In this document: piece by piece, positions 39,212-49,678 of the stretch
Layout of the letters: each line of letters starts with the position of its first letter
Position numbering within the stretch: position 1 is the first letter of the stretch
NCBI GenBank assembly: GCA_963777505.1
Contig: CAVZQN010000006.1
Location: 1 to 64,000 of the forward strand
Length of the DNA stretch: 64,000 nt
Reading direction: 5' to 3'
From: an uncultured bacterium
GTDB lineage: Bacteria > Acidobacteriota > HRBIN11 > JAKEFK01
Translations under genes and position numbers: made by a program
The notes under the pieces: generated by a model
What the model was told of the DNA's origin: nothing
Seen by the model: only the letters and a program-made list of their open reading frames with translations
Databases searched by the model: none

Positions 39212-39361
39212 GGATGGAGTTATCAAACGGTTGGTTCCATTGATATCAATCGCGGCTTGCTGGGGTCAGGGGGGCAAACAGACATCGCGCATTGATTGCA
39301 CCTGGCGGCTATGCATATTACCGAAAGGTTGATATCTTTTCGGCCGGTGATAACTTCATCC
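39212..39361 (+). ncRNA. Candidate structured RNA / 5' leader
   Basis: GGATGGAGTTATCA (39212-25) pairs with TGATAACTTCATCC (39348-61) with one G-U; internal stems ATCAATCGCG/CGCGCATTGAT and CCGAAAGG/CTTTTCGG; lies downstream of a sigma54 promoter. Confidence 0.4.
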
Positions 39362-39462
39362 GCCAATTCATTTGTAATCAAAGTTAATTCCGTACAATTT
39401 TGCATATCTGGTCCTAACTTCGACTTTTCATTTAAAGTACAATTGCAAAATCCGGAGTCTAT

Positions 39463-40200
39463 ATGACAAAGCCAATCAATGTTGCTGTTATTGGTGATTT
39501 CAATCCGAAAGCTGCACATCATACGATGACAAATGAATCGTTAAAACATTCTGCAGCGCGGCTGTCTAAGAAAATCGAAATTGACTGGATTCCAACCGAT
39601 GAAGTGCAGATTGATCAATTAGCAAACTATGATGCGATCTGGTGCTCTTCAGGAAGTCCGTATAAGAGCATGAGTGGAGCGATAGAATCAATTCAGTTTG
39701 CAAGAGAAAAAGGCTGGCCTTTTTTTGCAACGTGAGGAGGATTCCAACATGCTCTGGTAGAGTATGCGCGGAATGTTCTGGGCGTTCGAAATGCCGAACA
39801 TGAAGAAACGGCACCTGACGCTGAAACGCCAATCATCAGCAAGCTATCCTGTTCATTGAATGGACTGACCCAACCCATTTCGATCGTTGAAAATACGATT
39901 GGATATAACGCATATAAAAAGAAAACCGCTTCCGAACAATTCCTTTGCAATTATGGTGTGAATCCAAAGTATCAAAATGAAATGATTCGCAATCCTTTGA
40001 GAGTTTCTGCAGTTGGACCTGATGGCGAGGTCCGGATGATCGAATTAACCGGACATCCTTTTTACGTTGCAACACTTTTTGTTCCGCAAATGCTTTCGAC
40101 TGAAGAGAGTCCGCATCCGCTGATTACAGACTTTGTAGAAGCAGCAGTTGTTCCTTTCATGAAAGTCGTTCCACGTTGTGAAACTTATTTCACAAGGTGA
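39463..40200 (+). CDS. Stand-alone CTP-synthase-like class I glutamine amidotransferase; predicted selenoprotein (TGA 39733-39735 = Sec)
   Basis: ORFs 39463-39735 and 39856-40200 share a frame; read-through gives SGSPY...FFAT-U-GGFQHALVEYARNVLG...FLCNYGVNP...HPFYVATLFVPQ; U falls at the nucleophile-elbow Cys (GTCGGFQH in homologs). Confidence 0.8.
39736..39779 (+). promoter_or_regulatory. Bacterial SECIS-like hairpin
   Basis: AUUCC-aa-CAUGCUCU-GGU-AGAGUAUG-cgc-GGAAU; G-rich apical loop 20 nt after the UGA. Confidence 0.7.
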
Positions 40201-40208
40201 AACACGCA

Positions 40209-41477
40209 TTAACCGCACCATTCTACGATTGTTAACGCGACGACTTTCGCCACAGAAATTATTTCATGGACCGGTACAAATTCATTCAGTGAGTGAGCGA
40301 CTCTAACGTCACCGGGGCCATACAGCACAGCAGGCATCTTTGCGTTGTTTGTAAAAAAGCGCAAATCAGAACCATATGGGACACCATGAATTTCAGGGTT
40401 ACCACCATGAACATCTGAATGAAACTTCTTGAGTGTTGAAACAATTTCTGAATCCAGAGTTGTGTGTGCTGGTTCGAACTGTCCTTCAAACCATTCGACT
40501 GAAGGCGGATTTTCGCGAAGCCATGAATCCTGGTTCGCTGCGAATAGAATCGCACTTTCAAATTCAGCTCTGGCATCCTGAATTTTTTCTTCAGGAAAAA
40601 TTCCAAATCTTCCTTCGGCAACAAGAGACTCAGGCACTGTTGAAGGCCAATCGCCGGCTTGAATTTTTCCAACACTGATCGGTGAAACAAGTGCGTCTGC
40701 CTTATATAAAGGATGCTGATAGTTTTTGTGTCGCGTATGTTCCAGTTGTTGAATGGCAGAAAGGATCAACTGAAATTTTTCGATTGCGCTAACACCTTCC
40801 AACCTCATCGCACCATGTGAAGCTTTGCCCCGCACACGAATCCGGAAGCTTGCGGCGCCTGCACCTACCGGACAAATTGCCATGCGTGTTGGCTCAAGCA
40901 CGATCGCTGCATCCGCACGATATCCGCGTAACACCGCAGCGAGCGTTCCAACACCACCACTTTCTTCGCCGATTACACTTTGGATCCAAACCGAACCACG
41001 CAAAGGAATACCGGCCTTCTTTAATGCAGATAATGCGATATAACCGGCAACTAATCCGCCTTTCATGTCGCAAGAACCACGCCCAAAAACTTTCTCTTCA
41101 CGCAACGCGCCACTCCAGGGTCCATCATCCCATGCGCTCTCTTCCCCCGGAGGAACAACATCCATATGTCCATTCAAAATAAGCGAACGCCCATTCGAAT
41201 CTTTGCCGCGCAAATGACCTACAACAACCGGACGATTCTCCAACGCTAAGCCATCATCAGAAAAAGCAGGATGCGCCTGCAGATCCTTTCTTTCAGGATT
41301 CCAACAATCCACATCAAGGTTGAGATCTCGTAACCGGTCGGCAAAAAGTAATTGTGCTTTGGTTTCATCCCCTGTAACACTTGGAATTCTTATCAGGTCT
41401 TGAAGCAGCTTGATGGAATCGGCTGTTAATTCATCGATTGTCTGAAGCAGAAGCTGGTCGTGTCTTCCAGAATTCAT
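40209..41477 (-). CDS. ArgE/DapE family M20 deacylase
   Basis: LILNGHMDVVP, GRGSCDMKGG, IGEESGG, EPT, YGPG...AHSLNE. Confidence 0.9.
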   Translation of the reverse strand: MNSGRHDQLLLQTIDELTADSIKLLQDLIRIPSVTGDETKAQLLFADRLRDLNLDVDCWNPERKDLQAHPAFSDDGLALENRPVVVGHLRGKDSNGRSLILNGHMDVVPPGEESAWDDGPWSGALREEKVFGRGSCDMKGGLVAGYIALSALKKAGIPLRGSVWIQSVIGEESGGVGTLAAVLRGYRADAAIVLEPTRMAICPVGAGAASFRIRVRGKASHGAMRLEGVSAIEKFQLILSAIQQLEHTRHKNYQHPLYKADALVSPISVGKIQAGDWPSTVPESLVAEGRFGIFPEEKIQDARAEFESAILFAANQDSWLRENPPSVEWFEGQFEPAHTTLDSEIVSTLKKFHSDVHGGNPEIHGVPYGSDLRFFTNNAKMPAVLYGPGDVRVAHSLNEFVPVHEIISVAKVVALTIVEWCG

Positions 41478-41662
41478 AACCTGATGATATATGTGAAACC
41501 CTATCGAGCGGAAGCATCTCTATGCCAGGGCTTGACTAACCTTAAGGCGTATCACATCATTAAACGTAGTCTAAGACAGTGTATTGAGACTAGGCTTTCA
41601 TTCTAAACTTTTCACCTAACCCATTTTCTTGACATATACGTCCCGCAGGCTGGTTAGCTCCT

Positions 41663-43156
41663 ATGAGAGGTTGGCTGGTTGCAGCTTCCATTTGTGTTTG
41701 TGTCGCTATACTCGTTTTCGCAATCTTAAAGAGGCCAGCCATCGTTGGTCAGAGTTTGGGGACTAATACCAATCTTGTTTTCATCACTGTAGATACTCTG
41801 CGAGCCGATCACACCCCATTTGCAAATTATCATCGCGCTACCATGCCAGCCACGGCGGAATTCTTCCAGGACGGTATGAATTTTACTCAAGCGGAAACAG
41901 TCCGTACTTCAACGGCTCCATCGTATGCATCGATGTTATCGGGACTTTATCCATTTCGCAGCGGCGTGCGCAATAATTTTGCACAACTCAATGAACAGAT
42001 AGAGACATTACCTGAAAAACTAAAAAAGTCCGGCTTCATGACTGCAGCTTTTGTTAGCAGCTTTGTCATGATTGGACGCATAAGCGGCTTTAATCAGGGC
42101 TTTGATCTTTATGACGATTTCGTTTTGGAAAAAGAAGCAACTCGTGAAAGTTTCGAACGAACAGCAGGTAACACTGTTCAACATGCTCTTTTGTGGCTTG
42201 ATAAAGCCCCCAAAGATCGTCGCTTCTTTCTTTTTCTGCATTTTATTGATCCGCATGGACCTTATCATCCTCCGGCTCCATATAACGAAAGCTTCCGATC
42301 CACTCATACAAGAATGTTGACTCAAGATCAGATTCCAAGTGATCAATTTATTCCTTCTGTGATGAATCAATATCAATACATCGATTGGTACGATGGTGAA
42401 ATTCTTTACCTTGATAGTCAATTAAAAGCCCTTTATGAGAAATTAAAGACCTTTGAAAACAATACCTGGTTTGTCTTTATTGCTGATCACGGAGAATCTC
42501 TGGGAGAACGTGATCTGTTCTTTAGTCATGGCGATTCTTGTTATGGATTCGAATCAAAAATTTCAATGGTGTGGTTGCCACCGGTTCCTTTACGAAAACA
42601 ATACAAGCCGGATAGAATCCAGCATCCTGTCTCTTTGGTAGACGTGACCCCAACAAGCCTTGAGGCACTTCAAGTTTCAGTTCCAGAACAATTTGATGGC
42701 GAATCACTAGTCCCTGCGTTTCAAGGCGGACAATTGAAAAATCCTTTCCGATTTATTGAACGCTATTGGGGACCAGAATTGAGCTTTGCAGCTCGCAATT
42801 CGCAATTCAAATTAATCAAAAACTACCGTCCTGTCCCAAATCCAAATTGGCTCACCAAGATCTGGCATCCGGAAACGTGGGGAGAACATTCCGTTGAATT
42901 GTACGATTTATCTTTAGATTCCAAAGAAGAAAAGAATCTAATCAAACTCACAAAAGCGCCGGAAGAATTGAGTTTAGCTCTTGATAAATTTATCGCTGAT
43001 GCCCGCGGATACAGACCACCTTTTACTGTCAAAAAATTTACGATTCCTGATGAGGAACGGGCTGAATTTATCAAACAAAATGTGAAGGAACAAAAGATAG
43101 ATCTGACTGAAGAGGAAGTAGAAAAATTAAAAGCTCTTGGCTACGTAGATAAATAA
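41663..43156 (+). CDS. Membrane-anchored sulfatase-like hydrolase/transferase (alkaline phosphatase superfamily)
   Basis: VDTLRADH, TAPSYASMLSG, HFIDPHGPY, YDGEI, ADHGE, ELYDL, LKALGY. Confidence 0.85.
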   Translation: MRGWLVAASICVCVAILVFAILKRPAIVGQSLGTNTNLVFITVDTLRADHTPFANYHRATMPATAEFFQDGMNFTQAETVRTSTAPSYASMLSGLYPFRSGVRNNFAQLNEQIETLPEKLKKSGFMTAAFVSSFVMIGRISGFNQGFDLYDDFVLEKEATRESFERTAGNTVQHALLWLDKAPKDRRFFLFLHFIDPHGPYHPPAPYNESFRSTHTRMLTQDQIPSDQFIPSVMNQYQYIDWYDGEILYLDSQLKALYEKLKTFENNTWFVFIADHGESLGERDLFFSHGDSCYGFESKISMVWLPPVPLRKQYKPDRIQHPVSLVDVTPTSLEALQVSVPEQFDGESLVPAFQGGQLKNPFRFIERYWGPELSFAARNSQFKLIKNYRPVPNPNWLTKIWHPETWGEHSVELYDLSLDSKEEKNLIKLTKAPEELSLALDKFIADARGYRPPFTVKKFTIPDEERAEFIKQNVKEQKIDLTEEEVEKLKALGYVDK

Positions 43157-43287
43157 AGTAGGTGTCGCAAACGGAAGAAAGGATTGTCTCGATGCCAAGA
43201 ATTTTAAATACACGATTTCAGCTGCCGAAGTGATCTGAATACCATGTGCGAAGTCACGATGGCCAAAACCATAGTTGAGAATTAAAT

Positions 43288-43563
43288 ATGCAATATCCAT
43301 GTGAGCATTTTACTCAAATAAAAAAAGTGAAACCGAGAACTACAGGTTGTGAAGAGTGTTTGAAGCTTGGAGATCCCTGGGTACATTTGCGTCTTTGTGA
43401 AATTTGCGGCCATGTTGGCTGCTGCGATTCATCGAAAAACAGACATGCAACCGGCCATTTCCATGCAACAAAACATCCTATTATTAAATCCCTAGAACCT
43501 GGTGAAAAGTGGGGATGGTGCTACATCGATGAAGTGTTCGTTGATGAGCTCATAACGAAATAG
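43288..43563 (+). CDS. UBP-type zinc finger protein
   Basis: CEH...GCEECL...WVHLRLCEICGHVGCCDSSKNRHATGHF...EPGEKWGWCYID. Confidence 0.92.
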   Translation: MQYPCEHFTQIKKVKPRTTGCEECLKLGDPWVHLRLCEICGHVGCCDSSKNRHATGHFHATKHPIIKSLEPGEKWGWCYIDEVFVDELITK

Positions 43564-43761
43564 TCTCGTTGCAACAAAACTATTGCCAAGAAGAATAATC
43601 CCGCACCATCAAATGGGTAGGAATTATTGAATATGAGTTATGGCTGGCGTGGATTCGCTCATTTCGAAGTTACTGCATCCCACCCCGGAAGTCCCGTTAA
43701 TTCTACAAGAAATTCGTTCAAACCATCTGAAAACCGTCGTTTCGTTTTTGGTATAAAGGTT

Positions 43762-46569
43762 TTAAACGGCCTCAGCTCGCCTGCGGATCATAAGTTTACT
43801 GATTTCGCTGAGCCACAATACAGAGCTTCCCGCAACAACACAGATCAGCCAATCACTGATGGTTAAACTCACGGTTGAAAATGCTTTCTGCAGGAACGGT
43901 GTGTAAATTACAGCTATTTGGAGGAGGAGCGATAACAAAACTGCGCCCCAAAGGAACTTGTTAGCGAACAGATCTTTGAATGCGCTTTCTTCATCCGACC
44001 GCGCATTAAAAACTGTGAAGAGCGAGAAGAAGACGAGCGTTGTGAAAGCCATCGTATGCGCATAGTTGATATCGCCGGATCCTTGGATGAACCCTCCAGG
44101 CAAACTTGCATCCAGTACCAAGAGAGTTCCTGCTGCCGTGATCGTGCCAACGAAAATGATGCCTACCCACATACGACGGGTAATTACTCCTTCACTTCGC
44201 GGGCGCGGTGGGAGACTCATTAGACCAGAATCTGGTGGATCCACTCCGAGTGCGAGCGCGGGGGCTCCATCGGTCACCAGATTAATCCATAGAATTTGTG
44301 TCGCTAACAGCGGTAAGACGAGACCGCTTCCTTCCTGGCTCAGACCAATCACATCAGCCAACAAAATTCCGAAAAACATCGTCATTACTTCTCCGATATT
44401 TGATGAAAGTAGATAACGTAAAAATTTACGGATATTAGCAAAGATCGCACGGCCTTCTTCGACGGCTGCAACGATGGTGGAGAAGTTATCATCTGCCAGA
44501 ACTATATCCGCAGCTTGTTTCGAAACATCTGTACCCGTAATGCCCATCGCTACTCCGATGTCAGCAGCCTTTAAAGCGGGAGCATCGTTGACACCGTCAC
44601 CGGTCATTGCAACTATCGCACCCTTACGCTGTAACGCTTTTACGATTCTAAGTTTGTGTTCCGGGTTAACGCGCGCATAGACTGAAACATTTTGAACAGC
44701 TCTGTCGAGAGCATCTTCCGACATCTTCTCAAGTTCACCACCAGTTACAGCCTGTCCGTCTTGAACGATTCCCAGTTCTTTAGCAATCGTTGCTGCGGTT
44801 TTAGGATGATCACCTGTAATCATGATCGGGCGAATACCTGCAGCCTTCGCGCGTGCAACCGCCTCCTTTGCTTCCTCACGCGGGGGATCAATCATTCCAA
44901 TTAATCCAAGAAAGACGAGTTCGTGCTCAATCTGTTCATCAACTTCCTTTTCTTCGAACACGTTCTTTGGAAAATAACGAAACGCGACACCAAGTGTGCG
45001 GAGAGCTTCACTCGCTAGATTTTCATTGATCTTCAAAATCTCCCCGCGACGTTCGTCTGTTAGTGGGGCGATTTCCCTCCCAACTAACTCCTTCGTACAG
45101 CGACTAAGCAATACATCTGGTGCGCCCTTAGTGAACGCCAGGATACACTCCTGATGTTTAGCGTCTGTATGAATGGTGCTCATCAACTTGCGTTCTGATG
45201 AAAAGGGAACCTCGCCTACGCGCACAAAACGTGCATCCAAAGTTTCGTCTTCCAGCCCTGCTTTGCGTGCTGCAACGATCAACGCACCTTCCGTTGGATC
45301 ACCCTGGATAGTCCAACGCCCATCGTGCTCTTGCAAGACAGCATTGTTAGCGCGATCAGCAGCGGCAAGCGCACGCACTAACTCGAACCGACGCGGTCCT
45401 TCAATAACACCTCCATCCTCACATTGAACTTCCCCTTCTGGCTCATAACCAGAACCTCCAAATTTTATTCGTGCACTTGCAGTCGCAACTACTCGGACCG
45501 TCATTTCGTTTTTCGTAAGTGTGCCAGTCTTATCGGAAGCAATCACATTTGCCGATCCAAGGGTTTCTACAGCGGCAAGATGACGGACGATTGCGCGTCT
45601 GCGCGCCATCCGCTGAACACCTATCGATAGCACGGCTGTCACAACTGTCGGCAGCCCTTCAGGCACTGCTGCAACTGCGAGCGCTACACCTAAAATGAGC
45701 ACATTAAAAAGGGCTGTAACTCCTCTTACATTTTCAACCAGAATAATGGTGATGATCATCACGATAGCAATAACAACAACAATGATTCCAAGCATTTTGC
45801 CTACGCGGTTGAGCTCTTGTTGCAACGGCGTGGTCTCAGCCGTCTCTACTTTCAACATTCCGGCAATTCGCCCCATTTCGGTTTGCATTCCCGTTGCGGT
45901 AACAACAGCACGCCCACGGCCATACGTCACAGATGTGCCGCTGAAAATCATGTTGTTGCGATCCCCAATTCCAACTTCTTCAAGAATCGGGGGCGTTTCT
46001 TTGGCTACAGGCTGGCTCTCCCCTGTAAGTGCAGCCTCTGCTATTTGCAACGCGGTTATTTGAATCAATCGACCATCCGCCGGGATCGTGTCTCCTTCTT
46101 CAATGATCATCAGGTCACCAGGCACAACCTCATTGGATGGGATTCTCTGTATCTCACCATTACGAATCACGTTTGCATGCGCAGCTGACATCTTTCCAAG
46201 AGCTGCTACTGCTTCCTCCGCTCGCGATTGCTGCAGGTACCCCATGATCGCATTGAGAAACACTACGGCAAAAATTGCCATTGCTTCATATGGAAATGCC
46301 GATTGACGCTCATACAACCACAATCCGGCCGAAATGACTGTAGCAATCAAAAGCAGAATTACTAGAACATCCTGAAACTGCGCAAGAAACTTTCTCCAAC
46401 CAGGAACCGGTTTCTCAGCCGTTAACTCATTTTTCCCATATTTTTGGAGCCGCGCCTTTGCTTCCGCTTCACTTAAACCATTCTGCGCATCCGTATTAAG
46501 CCACTTTAGTACTGCTTCAACTGGCTGGCGGTAGGAAATGATCTGATCTTGCTGAAGAGTGTTCATCAT
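43762..46569 (-). CDS. Cation-translocating P-type ATPase (P2A, Ca2+-type)
   Basis: LTGES, VPEGL, DKTGTLT, KGAPD, MITGD, TGDGVNDAPALK, SSNIGE, QILWINLVTDG. Confidence 0.95.
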   Translation of the reverse strand: MMNTLQQDQIISYRQPVEAVLKWLNTDAQNGLSEAEAKARLQKYGKNELTAEKPVPGWRKFLAQFQDVLVILLLIATVISAGLWLYERQSAFPYEAMAIFAVVFLNAIMGYLQQSRAEEAVAALGKMSAAHANVIRNGEIQRIPSNEVVPGDLMIIEEGDTIPADGRLIQITALQIAEAALTGESQPVAKETPPILEEVGIGDRNNMIFSGTSVTYGRGRAVVTATGMQTEMGRIAGMLKVETAETTPLQQELNRVGKMLGIIVVVIAIVMIITIILVENVRGVTALFNVLILGVALAVAAVPEGLPTVVTAVLSIGVQRMARRRAIVRHLAAVETLGSANVIASDKTGTLTKNEMTVRVVATASARIKFGGSGYEPEGEVQCEDGGVIEGPRRFELVRALAAADRANNAVLQEHDGRWTIQGDPTEGALIVAARKAGLEDETLDARFVRVGEVPFSSERKLMSTIHTDAKHQECILAFTKGAPDVLLSRCTKELVGREIAPLTDERRGEILKINENLASEALRTLGVAFRYFPKNVFEEKEVDEQIEHELVFLGLIGMIDPPREEAKEAVARAKAAGIRPIMITGDHPKTAATIAKELGIVQDGQAVTGGELEKMSEDALDRAVQNVSVYARVNPEHKLRIVKALQRKGAIVAMTGDGVNDAPALKAADIGVAMGITGTDVSKQAADIVLADDNFSTIVAAVEEGRAIFANIRKFLRYLLSSNIGEVMTMFFGILLADVIGLSQEGSGLVLPLLATQILWINLVTDGAPALALGVDPPDSGLMSLPPRPRSEGVITRRMWVGIIFVGTITAAGTLLVLDASLPGGFIQGSGDINYAHTMAFTTLVFFSLFTVFNARSDEESAFKDLFANKFLWGAVLLSLLLQIAVIYTPFLQKAFSTVSLTISDWLICVVAGSSVLWLSEISKLMIRRRAEAV

Positions 46570-46747
46570 TACAGTTGTAGCCTTGCGATTTGTTGAAGTC
46601 TTATTAATCCTATACCACCGTATTTCGCGAAAAAAGTTTGATTTTCACTAAATGCGCATCATCGGGTTCTAAAATATTCGAAGTCTAGCTTTGAATGCCC
46701 GGTACTTCGCTATACGCGCCGATTCCCATTTTATCTAGCACGCGGGG

Positions 46748-46797
46748 GTGTCGAATTGGTCAATGCGGAGTTTGACGAATGTCAACGTTACTGACAC
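46748..46797. promoter_or_regulatory. Enhancer (UAS) array A
   Basis: GTGTCGAATTGGTCAA-N8-TTGAC-GAA-TGTCAA-N5-CTGACAC, near-identical layout to array B. Confidence 0.6.
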
Positions 46798-46939
46798 TCC
46801 GCAGCGGTTAGGATCTCGTCGGCCTATCAGGCGTTGCCAATCCCAGCTTCTCAATTTTTTAAAACTTAGCGGGAATATATTACGCTGCGGCCACTTCTCC
46901 CGGGCGTACGAACCTCGATCATTTCACACAATTGTTTCC

Positions 46940-46954
46940 TGGCACATCCTTTGC
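46940..46954 (+). promoter_or_regulatory. Sigma54 (-24/-12) promoter
   Basis: TGGCAC-ATCCT-TTGC perfect consensus, followed by AAGGAG RBS and ATG 46982. Confidence 0.85.
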
Positions 46955-46981
46955 GTCATCCGACATTTGAAGGAGAAAAAA

Positions 46982-47278
46982 ATGAACACGCAAAACACCC
47001 TAAAACGACTGAAAAACGAAATTACTCATTGCATTTATTGCAAGAGCTCAATCCTTTGGGATGGATATGGCAACGCTGAGATATTGAAATCCGCAAACAA
47101 CCATGTATTCGAATGCATGAAAACAGGTTGCTGTTTGGTCATTCAAAAAATTCCCGAATATTGTTCAACTCCTGAAGAGTTAGGCTCATTCCTGATGACT
47201 TTAATTCAAGATGGGATTCCATCCGATGTTGCCGAGTCCGCAGCCTTAAGACTTATTAGCGAGCGGCTTGCTGCCTGA
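46982..47278 (+). CDS. Small Cys-rich hypothetical protein (98 aa)
   Basis: Strong RBS and sigma54 promoter place the start at 46982; HCIYC...H..EC..TGCC...YC. Confidence 0.65.
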   Translation: MNTQNTLKRLKNEITHCIYCKSSILWDGYGNAEILKSANNHVFECMKTGCCLVIQKIPEYCSTPEELGSFLMTLIQDGIPSDVAESAALRLISERLAA

Positions 47279-47338
47279 TGGCGTATGATAATGAAATAGG
47301 AAGGGTTTCTTCACAACCCTCGATTCCCCTTGCAGCTG

Positions 47339-49442
47339 TTATTTCAGGTGATGGGGGTTGATTCCGAATTTTTTCAACCGAGCAATTAAAGTTGTGCGCT
47401 TTATGCCGAGCCGCTCTGCGGCGCCTGATGGGCCGCTAACGCGGCCGTTAGTTTCTTTCAAAACACGAATCAACTGATCGCGCTCTGACGATTCTACAGA
47501 GACAGTTGTGCCGGTAGGAAATTCCGTTAATTCACTTAAGGGGACGTTCAAGACGTTTCCCTGCGTCAAAATCATAGATCGTTCAATGAAATTCTCTAAC
47601 TCGCGGACATTTCCGGGCCAATGCCATGCGCGTAATTTTTTTAAAACATTAGCAGGAATACTTTCGACCTTTTTGTCCATCCGGAGCGCGTATTTGTGAG
47701 TAAAATGGCGAACCAGCAGAGGAATGTCATCCGGCCGCTCGCGAAGTGCAGGAATACGAATTGGGAAAACGTTCAAACGATAGTACAGATCGCTGCGGAA
47801 TTCATGATCGGCAACCATTTTCTGTAGATCGCGGTTAGTTGCAGCAATCAGGCGCACATCGACCTTTCTCGTTTTGGAGCTTCCGAGCCTTTCGAATTCC
47901 CGCTCTTGCAGCGCGCGAAGCAATTTCGATTGCAGTTCCAACGGAATGTCACCGACTTCATCCAAAAACAATGTTCCTTGATCCGCTAATTCAAATCTTC
48001 CAGTCCGCTGTGAAATCGCTCCGGTAAATGCACCTTTCTCATGACCAAAAAGTTCGCTTTCAAGCAACCCTGTAGGAATCGCCGCACAATTCAATTTGAC
48101 AAACGTCCGATCCTTTCGCCGACTGTGATTGTGAATTGCCCGAGCAATCAGTTCTTTGCCGGTTCCAGTCTCACCTAGAATTAATACATTAGAACTAGTT
48201 GGCGCAACAGTATCGACTTGTTGCAATACGATGCAATAAAGAAGCGACTTTGTCCGATAATTTCTTCAAAACCGATCTCTGTTCGAATTTCTTCCTCTAA
48301 GTACAGTTTCTCCTGTTCAAGTTTGTCCTTTAGTGTCGCGATCTCCATGTAAGCCAACGAATTTTCAACTGCAAGTGCGAATTGGTTTGCAACTTGTAAT
48401 AGAAAATCAAGTTCGGCGTCGTCAATCGCGTTGCTCGGTTTGTCTGGCCAGAGACAAGACCCCCAGTACGCGATTCCTGCTGATCAATGGCAATACACAA
48501 CCGTTATTCAGGCCTTCTCCAAGGGCGCGCTGGTATTCTTCGAAATGCAGCAGTTCGGTTATCGCCCGAACCACAATGGGCTTTCCTTCCAGGAAGACTT
48601 TTCCCACGATTGTGCCTTCAATAGGAGGAATTCGTAAATCCTCATAGAACCCTTTTTCGCCCGGAAAATCCCGAGCTATCACCGGCAAATGTTTGCGTTC
48701 CGCGTCAGGCAGATGGATCCAAATTGCATCGCATTTCATTACGCGACGAAGATTGGCTAATGTTGCGCTGAAGTAATTCTTGAAAATCCAAATTCGATGC
48801 GACTGCGTTGGTGAAATCTAAGAGCAACTTCAAACGTTCATGCTCACTCCGTGACTCTTCTTGTGAACGCTTTATCTCTTCTTGTGCACGCTTCATTCCA
48901 TCAAAATGAAGCGCATCATCGATCGCAACAGCCACCGCAGAAGCCAACATAGTTAAAAACCGGATTTCGCTTTCTGTATATGCGTTAGAATGTTTGCTTC
49001 CGAAAAGTAACATTCCGATTTTTCGATGCGCTGTTGTTAATGGAAAAGCACATAAAGACTGAATTCCAATATTTTGCAAGTAGTTTTTGGCGACACTAAA
49101 TCGAGTCTCTTGTGTTATGTCTGAGATGAGGATCGGCTGCTGATTCTGATACATCCAACCGGAAATACCTTCGATACTATTAACGAGTGGTGGTTCTATT
49201 ACCTTTGGAAGGTCAAATACGCGAATCAGATCCTTTTGTATTCCGTCTGTTTTATCGGCCCATTGCAAAATCAACACATAGTTGAAGTTGACAACCTGGT
49301 GAAGCTCATCAGCCACCACTTTAAAGAGTAGATCGGGATCGCGAAGTAAACCGATCGCCTGCGAAACACGAAATAGAGTTTCGTAACTTGTAACAGGTTG
49401 CTCTTTTAGCAGATGATTTGATTCCGGAACTTGTTCACGCAT
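47339..49442 (-). pseudogene. FhlA-like GAF-GAF-AAA+-HTH sigma54 activator, broken by several frameshifts (pseudogene or read errors)
   Basis: Pieces 48705-49478 (GAF), 48422-48739 (GAF) and 47339-48226 ([17 protein letters not shown]) are colinear with intact paralog 56747-58705. Confidence 0.8.
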
Positions 49443-49678
49443 TACTCTAAGCTTACTGCTGAGCTTCGCGACATACAATCACGTGATGTTTCTCCGGCCA
49501 ATAAATAGCTAGGAAGCAATCTGCATCTTGCTTAAGCGGATAGGTACTTATTCTCTAAAGGAGTTCTTTTTATCCTGCCAGACATTTGGATGAACGCCGA
49601 TGAGCAAAAGACCTCGTCGCATCTCGGAATCGGGAAAGACAAATGCTGTAACTAACCTTTCGATGAAAGTATGCGAAT

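Noticed and set aside
39212-39361. Retron msr-msd or 6S RNA identity for the structured element
   Set aside because: No reverse transcriptase in the window, and the branched fold does not clearly fit the 6S rod with central bubble; kept only as an unnamed candidate.
41513-41527. Sigma54-like TGGCAT...TGC on the minus strand upstream of the ArgE-like gene
   Set aside because: GG-to-GC spacing is one base short of the strict -24/-12 requirement.
43627-46306. Numerous + strand ORFs opposite the P-type ATPase, and similar antisense ORFs elsewhere
   Set aside because: Shadow ORFs of well-supported genes, with no motifs or RBS.
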